Source: Parachlamydiales bacterium (GTDB taxonomy: Bacteria; Chlamydiota; Chlamydiia; Chlamydiales; Parachlamydiaceae). From it: DNA of 64,000 nt. The notes below the pieces were generated by a model. That model searched no databases, had not been told where the DNA came from, and worked only from the letters and a program-made list of their open reading frames with translations. This document shows positions 41,545 through 51,388 of this stretch, one piece after another. The stretch lies in contig JAGVJP010000120.1 in assembly GCA_020051075.1 (NCBI GenBank), positions 1-64,000 on the forward strand, written 5' to 3'. The position numbers were made by a program, and so were the translations under genes. Positions within the stretch are counted from its first letter, which is position 1, and each line of letters begins with the position of its first letter.

Positions 41545-43450
41545 TTTCTTCGGCAATGGTTTGGAGCAGATTAAGTTCCTCAATCGAGAGTGGGTTGGCG
41601 TTCGGCTTTGGATAATAGACCAGCACCCCTAAAGGAGATTGAGAGAACTGTAGCGGAAGGAATAGTCCTTCAGATGAGGAGAGAGTTGATGTTGACCAGC
41701 CGGCGGGCTTCCCATTTCGAAAGACCCATTGGATCCCGTTTTTTTCTTTTTCGTTGATTTGTGTGAGTGGACTATCAGAAATCAGGTTGTTGTTGCTGTC
41801 TTTAATGAGGAGGTCGAAATGACCTCCAAAAGTTGTTTGAAGTTTTGGGCAGACATTTAGACGGAGATCTCGGAAATTAGAGGCATTCGAAATCACTTTC
41901 TGTATTTCATAAAGGCTTCCAGCTTTTTTTTCTCTATATTTGATCAGACGGTTTTGTGTCCAGAGTCTGTTTGTGACTAATCCAATTGTCAGGGAGATCA
42001 TAAAAAATACCGCGCCGCTGACAAGATCTGAAGCCGTCAATGTCGAAAATGAAGGAGCGACAAATAAGATCATCCAACTGAGTGTGCTTAAAATAGCTGA
42101 AAGAATGACTGCTCCAAATCCGACGTAAGTACTTAAAAAAAAGATGCTTGCAATGAAAATAAACTCAATTTCTCTATACCCGGTCAGCTGTTGTAACAGA
42201 AGGCATAACAGGGTAACGACGCCAATCATGCCTGTCACAAAAAGATATTCTTTTACAGGAGTTTGAAAAGCTCGTTTTAGAGAGAAGCCTACAGGATTTT
42301 CCGCTTCTTCTTCTTGACGAATGATAAAGAGGTCGAGATTCTTATTTGCTTTCTCAATTTTATTAAAATCGTCTGTGTGGAATATTTTTGAAAAAAGACT
42401 CTGATCTCGCGATCTCCTCAAGAGTAATTGAGAAATATTTTTCAGTTTTGCAATGCGTTGAATGGCTGAAGAAATCGAGAGATCTTGAGTGACGACCACT
42501 TGGCCGCCGAGTTCTCTTGCAAGGTTGAGGTGAGTTAAAACCTGATTTCTTTCTTCGTCTGTAAGGGGGGTGCCGAGGTCGACGTAAAGGGCAACCCATG
42601 TGATATCGAGATCAAAAGCTCTCCGACGGGTTTCTCTGATTAACTCTTGAGAAAGAGCGCTTGGATTGATCACGACCATTAATTTTTCATGAGCTCTCCA
42701 CCCTTTGCCTTGGGAGAAGATCATGTGGAGATCATGCTCGACTTTATTTGCTGTGAACCTGAGAGATATTTCTCGTAAAGCTGTTAAGATATCCTCTTTG
42801 AAGAAATTCCGTTTTCCGCCTTGAGCCTGATCGCCTAAGAACACTTTTCCTTCTTTCAATCTTTTAAGAAGACCTGTAGGATCTATATCAATCAACTCTA
42901 TTGTAGCAGCTCTTTCGAGGATAACGTCAGGAACGCTTTCTTCTATGTGTACGCTAACGATATTCTCAACAAGGTCTTTATAGCTTTCAATATGCTGCAC
43001 GTTTAAAGTTGTATAAACGTTGATACCAGCATCCAAGAGTTCAATGACATCTTGCCACCGGTTAAGATGTTTTGAACCTGGAACATTACTGTGGGCCAGC
43101 TCATCGACTAAGACGAGAGCAGGTTTTCTTTGCAAAATTTTTTCAAGGTCCATTTCTTTAAAAGTTTCGCCGCGGGAGGTCAGAATTTTTTCAGGGATGA
43201 TTGGAATTCCAGTGATCAGCTGTTCGATCTCCTGCTGTCCATGGGTCATCACGATTCCGATGACAACATCCACTCCATCTTTGACTCTCTGCTGAGCTTC
43301 TTCAAGCATCGCATGGGTTTTGCCAACACCAGCCGACATTCCGAAGAAGATTTTGAGTTCACCCAATTTTGGTGCGCTCTGCTCTTCTCCGAATCGTTGT
43401 GTTGATTGGTCGAAATTTGAGAGTTGGGGTTGTTCTGTCATATTTCTCAT
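41519..43450 (-). CDS. KdpD-like sensor (KdpD, USP, TM and GAF domains) lacking the histidine kinase module
   Basis: GMSAGVGKT, VDELAHSN, NVQHIES, LTALRE; ends right after GAF. Confidence 0.85.
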   Translation of the reverse strand: MRNMTEQPQLSNFDQSTQRFGEEQSAPKLGELKIFFGMSAGVGKTHAMLEEAQQRVKDGVDVVIGIVMTHGQQEIEQLITGIPIIPEKILTSRGETFKEMDLEKILQRKPALVLVDELAHSNVPGSKHLNRWQDVIELLDAGINVYTTLNVQHIESYKDLVENIVSVHIEESVPDVILERAATIELIDIDPTGLLKRLKEGKVFLGDQAQGGKRNFFKEDILTALREISLRFTANKVEHDLHMIFSQGKGWRAHEKLMVVINPSALSQELIRETRRRAFDLDITWVALYVDLGTPLTDEERNQVLTHLNLARELGGQVVVTQDLSISSAIQRIAKLKNISQLLLRRSRDQSLFSKIFHTDDFNKIEKANKNLDLFIIRQEEEAENPVGFSLKRAFQTPVKEYLFVTGMIGVVTLLCLLLQQLTGYREIEFIFIASIFFLSTYVGFGAVILSAILSTLSWMILFVAPSFSTLTASDLVSGAVFFMISLTIGLVTNRLWTQNRLIKYREKKAGSLYEIQKVISNASNFRDLRLNVCPKLQTTFGGHFDLLIKDSNNNLISDSPLTQINEKEKNGIQWVFRNGKPAGWSTSTLSSSEGLFLPLQFSQSPLGVLVYYPKPNANPLSIEELNLLQTIAEEISFFLIHH

Positions 43451-43508
43451 CTTGTATAAGAAATTGGATTTAATTAAAATCGTTTCCTTTAAAAAGAGGC
43501 TATCTTAA

Positions 43509-44444
43509 ATGAAAAAGACTGCGATTAGGTTTGCTATTATTGGGATCATGATCCTCATTTGTTATGGAATTGGACGTCTTTACTATCATGTTACAGCTGG
43601 ATTTACCATTGGGAATATCACTTCAGATTTTGCCTATCAGCCGCAATGGGAAGTCCGCCCTTTAGCTTCTGATGAACATGTTGTTCTTGAAGAAGCCCTT
43701 CGGCAACCCTATCACTATCTAGGAAAGGGATGCCAATCTTACGTGTTTTCGAGCGAAGATAACAAATATGTCGTGAAGTTTTTCAAATACCAACGTTATC
43801 GTCTTTTGTCATGGCTGACCTATTTTCCACCGCTCCCAGCCATCGTGAAATATCGGGAACAGAAAATGGGGAAAAAATGGAGCAAACTTGACGGCTTTGT
43901 GCAAAGTTGGAAATTGGCTTTTGAGAATCTCAAAGAAGAAACAGGATTGGTTTTTGTCCATCTTAATAAGACAGATCATCTGAACAAACAGTTGACGATA
44001 TATGACAAAATAGGAATGAAGCATATTGTCAATTTGGATCAGATGGAGTTTTGCATTCAGAAGAAGGCAAAGATGTTGTGCGATGTGCTGATGGAATGTC
44101 AACGGAATGGTGATTTTCCAAGAGCCCAGCAGATTGTTCAAAATTTACTGGGGATGGTTTTATCAGAATATGCTCGAGGAATTGCAGATAATGACCATGC
44201 ATTGATGCAAAATACCGGCGTTTCTGAAGGGAAACCCGTTCACATTGATGTTGGGCAATTTGTTTTCAATGACGAAGTGAAGAATCAAGAAGTTTTCCAC
44301 CAAGAATTGATCACCAAAACATATAAATTTAAATTGTGGCTGCGCAAACAATATCCTGAATTAGCTGATGACTTGGAAAGTCAACTTTACCAGATTGTGG
44401 GGCCACATTATGACACCATTAAACCTAAATTCAGAGTCAGATAG
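43509..44444 (+). CDS. Membrane-anchored hypothetical protein, protein-kinase-like fold
   Basis: LGKGCQSYVF, YVVKFFK, IADNDHALMQNTG, HIDVG. Confidence 0.55.
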   Translation: MKKTAIRFAIIGIMILICYGIGRLYYHVTAGFTIGNITSDFAYQPQWEVRPLASDEHVVLEEALRQPYHYLGKGCQSYVFSSEDNKYVVKFFKYQRYRLLSWLTYFPPLPAIVKYREQKMGKKWSKLDGFVQSWKLAFENLKEETGLVFVHLNKTDHLNKQLTIYDKIGMKHIVNLDQMEFCIQKKAKMLCDVLMECQRNGDFPRAQQIVQNLLGMVLSEYARGIADNDHALMQNTGVSEGKPVHIDVGQFVFNDEVKNQEVFHQELITKTYKFKLWLRKQYPELADDLESQLYQIVGPHYDTIKPKFRVR

Positions 44445-44910
44445 CGCTCTGGGTGCTGGAAAGCATCCAAACATGTTTTTCATGAGCCCTTAATCGTTGT
44501 ATCAGAAGATCCGCTGTTCCTTCATCGCCAAGTTTTGAGGCCAGGTCGATAATTTCTCTCAGATAACGGATCATTGATTCATGCCCATCCAGCAGCTCTT
44601 TAGTCATCTGGGGAGCATGTAATAGGGCCGAAGATTCTTTGATCGAGGTCATCTCGAGGAATTGCTTAAGGCTGCCGGGAGCCTGTTCTCCTAACATCCT
44701 GATTCGCTCAGCAATTTCATCAATGGCTTCAGCGAGTTCTTCATATTGTTTTTCGAAAAATAGATGTAAGGAATAGAAGCGAGGATCGATGATGTTCCAA
44801 TGAAAATTTTGTGTTTTCGTGTAAAGGATATAAGTATCAGCCAGAATTAAATTTAACTTGTGAGCGATCTGCTTTCTCACACTTTCTTCAAGTCCTATAC
44901 GTGTATTCAT
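44437..44910 (-). CDS. dps: DNA starvation/stationary phase protection protein Dps
   Basis: KTQNFHWN, LHLFFEKQY, DEIAERI, EKHVWML. Confidence 0.93.
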   Translation of the reverse strand: MNTRIGLEESVRKQIAHKLNLILADTYILYTKTQNFHWNIIDPRFYSLHLFFEKQYEELAEAIDEIAERIRMLGEQAPGSLKQFLEMTSIKESSALLHAPQMTKELLDGHESMIRYLREIIDLASKLGDEGTADLLIQRLRAHEKHVWMLSSTQSAI

Positions 44911-45041
44911 GACATGCTCCATTCCATGCGTTATTGAAACTATCCACACTCATCCCATTTTTTAACGCAAAGGAGCTAAGACCTCCAACTACGCTAAGGA
45001 CCATCCTGTATTCACAGATGTATGCAATCTCATTAATTTTT

Positions 45042-45608
45042 TTATTGCGGTGGTTGTTGATGAGGTGCTGCCGCTTGTTCTTCAGCTTCGTCATTGATTC
45101 CTTGAGTGAAAAATCCACCTTCAGCAATATCTGTCAGATTCTCATCAGCTGCACTTTCTTCATCTAAACTGAGCTGAAGGCTGTCGGCTATCTCGTCAAA
45201 ATCAATTTTATCATTAATGCCAGCTCCTTGAAGATGGCGTGCAAGCGCTCGAGCAGATCCGTAACTTGTCATTTCATAATGTTCAATTTTTTGGCAGAGG
45301 ATAATCAGGGAAACATCTTTTATCGCAGGCGATGTCTCTTTTTTAAGTTCTCCGTCAATCGCATTCAATAGATCTTGAACCACGATGCAGCTTTTGCCAG
45401 TCGGGTTTTCATTAAGCGACTTGAATATTTGCTTTAACCGCTGGAGTTGATTCTTGGTTTCATCAAGATGTTCTGACAATGCGGTTTTAAGCTTGTGGTG
45501 TGAGACAGACCCGATAACTTTAGGCATGTTGTCAATGATCAACGTTTCATCGCTGAATAGGTCTCTTAACAAGTCTAAGAATACGTCGTATAAAGAAATC
45601 TTCTCCAT
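45042..45608 (-). CDS. YciE/YciF (DUF892) ferritin-like protein
   Basis: HLDETKNQLQRL, QKIEHYE..SYGS, LDEE..AD..LT. Confidence 0.85.
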   Translation of the reverse strand: MEKISLYDVFLDLLRDLFSDETLIIDNMPKVIGSVSHHKLKTALSEHLDETKNQLQRLKQIFKSLNENPTGKSCIVVQDLLNAIDGELKKETSPAIKDVSLIILCQKIEHYEMTSYGSARALARHLQGAGINDKIDFDEIADSLQLSLDEESAADENLTDIAEGGFFTQGINDEAEEQAAAPHQQPPQ

Positions 45609-45621
45609 AATTAACCTCCAT

Positions 45622-47652
45622 TTAAGATTGTTGAACTCTTAACATAATTGCTGAATAAGGCGCAAGCCGATAACTAGGTATTTCTAAGGGAAGTCGGTTG
45701 CCTTCTTCTAGAAAGTCGTTTGGGGATTGGTTTTTTGTATCGACGACCCAAAACCATTGATTTCCCTTCTTAAGAGTAGGGAGGATCACGGTTTGCGGTA
45801 AGTGCCAGGCATTAAATGCAATATACAGTCGAGGCTCTTTCTTTGAATCATTCAAAGTAAAAGCAACCAAGTGGTTGTCGTTGTCCCAATCTGGATGGCC
45901 TGGGGTTGTTCCATGCCATGTGATGTCGGTATCGTTGAGGAAAGCTTCTTTCTTTAAAAGCGGCTCACCTTGCCGAAAGTGCAGTAAGGACTTGTAAAAC
46001 CGGTAAAATCCAGGACGGATTTCTAGTCGATCCCATAGAAACCAATTCCGTTCATTATCTTGACACCATGTGTTATTATTGCCATTCCGAGTATGGACGT
46101 ATTCATCTCCCATTGTGATCATTGGGATGCCTTGTGAAACCATCAGGGCGAAGATGAAATTTTTCATCTGCCTCTCTCGAAGATAGACGATTTTTTTATT
46201 GCTCGATTGTCCTTCAATCCCGCAATTCCAGCTGTCGTTGTGGTCAAATCCATCTCGATTTTCTTCGCCATTTTCGAGGTTATGCTTGTTGTTATACGAG
46301 ACGAGGTCTACAAGGCTGAAGCCATCGTGAGCTGTGATAAAATTGACGCTGCATAAAGGAGATCCTCTCCAGCCATAAAGATCTTGCGAGCCGCATAGTG
46401 CAGTAGCAAATGCAGTTTTGTAATTGTCATTTCCTTTGATAAAACATCTGACAACATCTCTATAGCGGCCATTCCACTCTGACCAACGCGTGCTAGGATG
46501 GAATCCTCCAACCTGATAAAGTCCCCCGGCATCCCATGCTTCGGCGATCATCTTTGTCTCCGAGAGGATAGGATCAGCAGTGATAGCCTCAACGATTGGG
46601 GCGCTTGTTAAAGGAACCCCATTTTCTGATCTTGTGAATATAGAGGCTAAATCGAAGCGAAATCCATCAACATGCATTTCTGACACCCAATAACGGAGTG
46701 AATGGATGATTAATTCTCGCGTGATAGGATGATTGGTATTAGTTGTGTTGCCGCAGCCTGAGAAATTTAGATATTTTTCTGCTCTATCGACCATGTAATA
46801 GGCATGCGGGTCAAATCCTCGAAAGGATAAAACAGGTCCTTTTTCATTTCCTTCAAATGTGTGGTTATACACAACGTCAAGAATCACCTCTATTCCCGCT
46901 TTGTGAAGTTCTCTCACCATGGTTTTGAATTCAAGGATTGCATGATTATCTCTAGATTCGCTTGCATAGCGATTCATAGGAGAGAAAAAATTTACACTTG
47001 AGTAGCCAAAATAGTTGCACAACCTTTGTCCAGTCTTTGGATTAATAAGCACAACTTCACTTTCATTGAACTCATGGATAGGGAGTAATTCAACGGCGTT
47101 GACGCCGAGTTCTTTTAGGTAAGGGATTTTTTCTACCACGCCCAGGAATGTGCCTGGGTATTTCACCTCACTAGATTGGTCTTGCGTAAATCCTCTGACA
47201 TGCATTTCATAAATGATCAAGTCTTTAGCTGGGATCCGGGGAAATCGATCGCCTTCCCAATCAAACGAATGGGATGAAGGGACACGACCTAAAGGACGGT
47301 AAGACTCATCTTCAGAAGATCGCCAAACGAGAGAACTTACAACACCTCTTGCGTAAGGATCGAGCAACAAGTTTGCCGCGTCCTTTTGGTTTGTGATTCG
47401 ATATGCATAGGCTGTGGAGGGAGGCAGCTCCTGGATCAGAATGTGCCAGACCTCTCCGGTTTTGTTGATCAATGGATCTAAATCGATTTCTTCTCGGAGC
47501 TGAGAGGGGTTGTCTTCGTCGAATAAGCAGAGAGAAACCTTTTTTGCCTTCTTTGCATAAATGGAGAAATTAAATCCTGTTTTCGTTGAGGTGACTCCAA
47601 ACGGATAGGGATTGCCAGGTAAGATTGATGATGGATCAACTAGTTTATTCAT
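45622..47652 (-). CDS. glgX: Glycogen debranching enzyme (isoamylase)
   Basis: YEMHVRGFT, DVVYNHT, DGFRFDLA, AEAWD, HDGF; start at ATG after GGAG. Confidence 0.96.
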   Translation of the reverse strand: MNKLVDPSSILPGNPYPFGVTSTKTGFNFSIYAKKAKKVSLCLFDEDNPSQLREEIDLDPLINKTGEVWHILIQELPPSTAYAYRITNQKDAANLLLDPYARGVVSSLVWRSSEDESYRPLGRVPSSHSFDWEGDRFPRIPAKDLIIYEMHVRGFTQDQSSEVKYPGTFLGVVEKIPYLKELGVNAVELLPIHEFNESEVVLINPKTGQRLCNYFGYSSVNFFSPMNRYASESRDNHAILEFKTMVRELHKAGIEVILDVVYNHTFEGNEKGPVLSFRGFDPHAYYMVDRAEKYLNFSGCGNTTNTNHPITRELIIHSLRYWVSEMHVDGFRFDLASIFTRSENGVPLTSAPIVEAITADPILSETKMIAEAWDAGGLYQVGGFHPSTRWSEWNGRYRDVVRCFIKGNDNYKTAFATALCGSQDLYGWRGSPLCSVNFITAHDGFSLVDLVSYNNKHNLENGEENRDGFDHNDSWNCGIEGQSSNKKIVYLRERQMKNFIFALMVSQGIPMITMGDEYVHTRNGNNNTWCQDNERNWFLWDRLEIRPGFYRFYKSLLHFRQGEPLLKKEAFLNDTDITWHGTTPGHPDWDNDNHLVAFTLNDSKKEPRLYIAFNAWHLPQTVILPTLKKGNQWFWVVDTKNQSPNDFLEEGNRLPLEIPSYRLAPYSAIMLRVQQS

Positions 47653-47781
47653 GGAACTCCCGGTGTCTATACCAGCATGCAGGTATAACTGCAATCTTGC
47701 TCGTTTGTCATTTTTCTGCAATATTTTTTTGCCAATCATAGAAAGTGTATATTAATGTAATATGTTAAAACTATTAATAGT

Positions 47782-47811
47782 TTGATAAATATTTTTTGTT
47801 GTTAGTATAAT
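47782..47811 (+). promoter_or_regulatory. Sigma66-type promoter about 290 nt upstream of the CesT-family gene
   Basis: TTGATA-N18-TATAAT. Confidence 0.55.
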
Positions 47812-47813
47812 GG

Positions 47814-48082
47814 GATGAGAAGAGCTGTAAGTTGCTGGACCACCCTGTAAGGAATTGGTGAAAAAAAGCATTTACTTTTAAAATGAATTCGCTCATCTTG
47901 GGTTTGATAAAAAATTACGCTTGCCAGCGCGACGTTGAGTAAGAGTGGTAAGTTCTTAGAGATATCTACATCTGATGAGCGACCCATTGCTGAGATCTAC
48001 TTAAGGTGAAACTGTCTCAAGCGACGTGGAAGAAAATCAAAGTAACAAATTTGAGATAACACTCTAGTTTTACGTGTTGTCT
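47814..48082 (+). ncRNA. Candidate structured RNA or long 5' leader
   Basis: Two consecutive imperfect rods (47814-47897, 47903-48041) and a hairpin 48054-48082, found by eye. Confidence 0.4.
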
Positions 48083-48098
48083 TTGTAGGAGGTTTATT

Positions 48099-48605
48099 AT
48101 GTCACTCGAAAATGCAAAAGAAAATTTAAAGGAATTTGGAAAGGAACTAGGTCTTGAAGGACTAGAATTTGATGAAAATAACACCTGTATTCTAGGTATC
48201 GATGATGAGTTTTCTCTTCATTTGACCTATGAGCCAAATTCCAAACGTTTATACCTTTATTCTCCTCTCTTAGATGGTTTGCCAAGAGATGATAAAACTC
48301 GTCTTCGACTTTACGAACGATTACTCGAAGGATCGATGCTCGGTGGTCAAATGGCTGGCGGCGGTGTCGGTGTTGCAGTCAAAGAAGAATTGATCTTGAT
48401 CCACTGCACGATTGATATGGAGCATGCTCTATCATCTGCTCTCAGAGCTTTTGCTCCTCTTTATGTCGAAACTGTCGAAAAATGGCGTAAAATTTGCTCT
48501 GAAGTCTCTGAAGGTCGCGATGAAGGTGCTCAAACAGGCGGTCCTCGACCTCTTCCTCAATCGCTTCAAGGCGGTCAACCAGGCCAAGGCTTTATTCGAC
48601 CATAA
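48099..48605 (+). CDS. CesT-family type III secretion chaperone (chlamydial Slc1/CT043-like)
   Basis: FDENNTCIL, SLHLTYE, LLEGSMLGGQMAGGGVG; between glgX and ssb. Confidence 0.88.
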   Translation: MSLENAKENLKEFGKELGLEGLEFDENNTCILGIDDEFSLHLTYEPNSKRLYLYSPLLDGLPRDDKTRLRLYERLLEGSMLGGQMAGGGVGVAVKEELILIHCTIDMEHALSSALRAFAPLYVETVEKWRKICSEVSEGRDEGAQTGGPRPLPQSLQGGQPGQGFIRP

Positions 48606-48660
48606 TCCAGCCGGGAACGACATCACTGTTACTGCCGAAATTGCCGCCTTCCCAGTATAG

Positions 48661-48930
48661 ATTAACAGGATAGGCAAGATCGCTTCGCGGCAAGATAGGC
48701 AGGATAGTGAATAACTTAATACCTCTTCATTCTTCTCATCATCTTCCCCCATCCTGTCAATTTTACAGGATGGGGAGGATATGGAAGATAGGGCAGGATA
48801 ACGAATCATTTAATGCCTCTCCATCCTTCTCATCTTCCCCATCCTGTCAATTTAAGGTTGGCTTGAAGTTTCCTATCATCTTGCTTATCCTGCCGCTTGC
48901 GATCCTGCTTATCCTGTTTTTTGCTTATCC
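48661..48930. repeat. Composite inverted CAGGATA-type element
   Basis: Variant core 48674-48697, CATCCTGTCAATTTTACAGGAT hairpin near 48750-48772, inverted core 48886-48908. Confidence 0.9.
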
Positions 48931-50421
48931 GTGTAGGGGAATTCGATAAGCTGGAACAACCGCTTCTTGAATCCACTCGGGTTTGATATGATAGTTTGTT
49001 TCACGCCGCTGATTGAATAGCTCGCGATCTTCGTCTTGGAAGATGTTGTGCTCTTTAGAGGGGCTTGTCGTTACAGATACTGCGGTTGTCTCCCGAAATT
49101 TATGCAATAGTTTGGCTACAGACTTCAGATCTTCATCATGATATTCTGATTGATAGCCAGGGTAGTAAACAAAGCCAAATCGTTCGTAATATTTTTTGCC
49201 AATGATTGGGATGATACTGTGTTTCGTTTCGGTGTCGTTCTTGACCGTTAAAACGCCATCATAGGCTGAAAAAGATTTTTGCATGATATCTGCAATCAAT
49301 CTGTCGAAAAAAGCAGTGATCTCAATCGTGTCATCCCTTCCCAGAAGCAAAATGTCAAAATTGGGGTGTTTCTCTATATCTCTATTTTTTGCATGAATAG
49401 GAGAGTTCCAAGGACCAAAATAATAGCTTAAATTTGGATAAGCCTCTAATTTTTCACGCATCGAAGGAGTGTTCATGACCAGGTCATTTTCATCGAGTGT
49501 GACCAAAAAATGATAAGCGACAGTGCCGGAAAAGTTTCTGTAATACTGATTGAGAGCATGGAATAACCCTCCGGGGTTAGATCGGCTGGAAATTTGAATC
49601 AACAATTTTGGAGGCTGATTCTCAAGATGGTTCCACATATAGCTGTAGGCTCCATAGACAAATTTGTCTTCTTCAAATCTTTTTGAATCGGGTTTTGTCG
49701 ATAGTCCCTGTGGATTTAGATAATAGAGGCAATAAACTCCAGGAACTTTTTTGAATTTAGAGCCCTTGCTGACAGCACGATTCCACATCTCAAGATCCCC
49801 GGAAGAATAAAATTGTTCCGAAAAATATCCGGCTTTGCTATGTAGCGACTTCCGCCACATTGGCGCTGGTCCCCCCAAACAAAGATTCATGAGTTGTGGA
49901 GAAAATTCCGCGATATTGTTGTATAATGTGGCAGAGTGATTTTCGTAGGTTTCATAAGGTTTGTTGGTTATCCAGAAATCTGAATAGACTAAATCGACTG
50001 TTGGATCTTCATCCAGAGCTTTTGCATGCGTCTCCAAGCAGATAGGATTTCTCTGGTCATCAATATTGGCGTTCGTGATGTATTCTGCTTTGGCTTTTTT
50101 GATTCCTAAATTCCACACCCCATAGATTCCTGGATCTTTTTCCAACCGCTCATAGCTGATATTTGGATATTTCTCCAGATAAGGTTTGATGATCGGTTCC
50201 TCGTTGCCTGGGGAAGCGGCATTGATAAGAATGAGTTCGCATTCATCGAAGATTGTTTGTTTGACGATATTTGAGAGAAACAGTTCCATGTAATCATCCC
50301 CTTTGTAAATTGAGGTGATGATGGCTACGCGTGGTTTTTTTGGGATTGTTTGATGATCTGATGAAAAGCTGAAATTTGTGAGTATGATAAAAAGTAGAAG
50401 GAACTTAGAAAAGCATTCCAT
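48925..50421 (-). CDS. Two-domain glycosyltransferase (GT2 plus second GT-A-like domain) with N-terminal signal/anchor
   Basis: IITSIYKG, WNLGI, NANIDD, GDLEMW; second domain with LLGRDD; start placed at ATG 50421. Confidence 0.85.
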   Translation of the reverse strand: MECFSKFLLLFIILTNFSFSSDHQTIPKKPRVAIITSIYKGDDYMELFLSNIVKQTIFDECELILINAASPGNEEPIIKPYLEKYPNISYERLEKDPGIYGVWNLGIKKAKAEYITNANIDDQRNPICLETHAKALDEDPTVDLVYSDFWITNKPYETYENHSATLYNNIAEFSPQLMNLCLGGPAPMWRKSLHSKAGYFSEQFYSSGDLEMWNRAVSKGSKFKKVPGVYCLYYLNPQGLSTKPDSKRFEEDKFVYGAYSYMWNHLENQPPKLLIQISSRSNPGGLFHALNQYYRNFSGTVAYHFLVTLDENDLVMNTPSMREKLEAYPNLSYYFGPWNSPIHAKNRDIEKHPNFDILLLGRDDTIEITAFFDRLIADIMQKSFSAYDGVLTVKNDTETKHSIIPIIGKKYYERFGFVYYPGYQSEYHDEDLKSVAKLLHKFRETTAVSVTTSPSKEHNIFQDEDRELFNQRRETNYHIKPEWIQEAVVPAYRIPLHG

Positions 50422-50450
50422 GAAATTAGATCCTTTTAATGGGGTGGTGA

Positions 50451-50616
50451 TATACCGGCATCTAGTTGAAATTGCCCATCTGGACTGCGCGAAAGCTCCC
50501 GGGGTTGAACGATCGTAAATCACCCAATATTAAGTCAATATGGGGTGATTTACGATCGTTCAACCCCGGGGCTTTGGCGCAGTCCAGATGGGCAATTTCA
50601 ACTAGATGCCGGTATA
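50451..50616. mobile_element. 166-bp near-perfect palindrome, MITE-like
   Basis: About 80-bp arms with 2 mismatches and 1 bulge, 5-nt loop, TATA at both ends. Confidence 0.7.
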
Positions 50617-50836
50617 CAGAATAATCACATAAAGGATTAAAAAAAAGTTGTTTCTAACGGTTACGTAATGGGTAAAATTCTCTCTCAATCCATGATTTAT
50701 TCACTTTCACATAATTTTTTTGGGTGGTAAAATTCCTTTTGTGTTATTGTTTTTTGTCTATCTCTATTTCTAACCTGAGTGACAGGTGTCTAAGAGATCT
50801 GAATGATTTGAAACCTTATGGAGCAAGGAGAGTGTT

Positions 50837-51373
50837 ATGTTTATTGTTCATCTAGCTGGGCACCTTGGAAAAGATCCAGAAACACGATATACCCCAAATG
50901 GACAGAAGTTAACCACCTTCACAATGGCTGTTAATCAGCGCAAGGGAAAGGAAGACGTGACAATATGGGTCCGTGTTGTCATCTGGGGAGATCACTTGGA
51001 TAGAATTCTCTCGTACCTTAAGAAAGGAAGCGGTGTGATTGTCATTGGGAAAATGAATCCGCCTCAAAGCTATACAGATAAGGAGGGACGTACTCAAATC
51101 TCTCTCGAAGTGACTGCGGAAATGGTCGAATTTAGTCCATTTGGACGCTCAGACCGTAATGCAGATGGGCAAGGTCAAACAGCGAGTGCAAACGGATCCT
51201 CTGCAAAGAGCAACACATCATCTGCGTACGAAACTCCACATAACTCTTCTTATGAAGATGGACAATACCAAGCTGCTGGGGCGAATTATGGAGGAAGAGC
51301 GACAACTTCTTATGGCTCGCAAATGGGGCAAGGCTCAGGTCAGGCAATTGACGATGATGTCATCCCATTTTAA
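50837..51373 (+). CDS. ssb: Single-stranded DNA-binding protein
   Basis: GHLGKDPETRYTPNG, acidic DDDVIPF tail. Confidence 0.96.
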   Translation: MFIVHLAGHLGKDPETRYTPNGQKLTTFTMAVNQRKGKEDVTIWVRVVIWGDHLDRILSYLKKGSGVIVIGKMNPPQSYTDKEGRTQISLEVTAEMVEFSPFGRSDRNADGQGQTASANGSSAKSNTSSAYETPHNSSYEDGQYQAAGANYGGRATTSYGSQMGQGSGQAIDDDVIPF

Positions 51374-51388
51374 CACATAGAGGCGGTC

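Noticed and set aside
47972..48012. Hammerhead ribozyme (CTGATGA...GAAAC)
   Set aside because: No stem II closes directly onto GAAA, and stems I and III could not be built
50422..50523. N-terminal extension of the glycosyltransferase
   Set aside because: Lies inside the palindrome; signal-like sequence begins at ATG 50421
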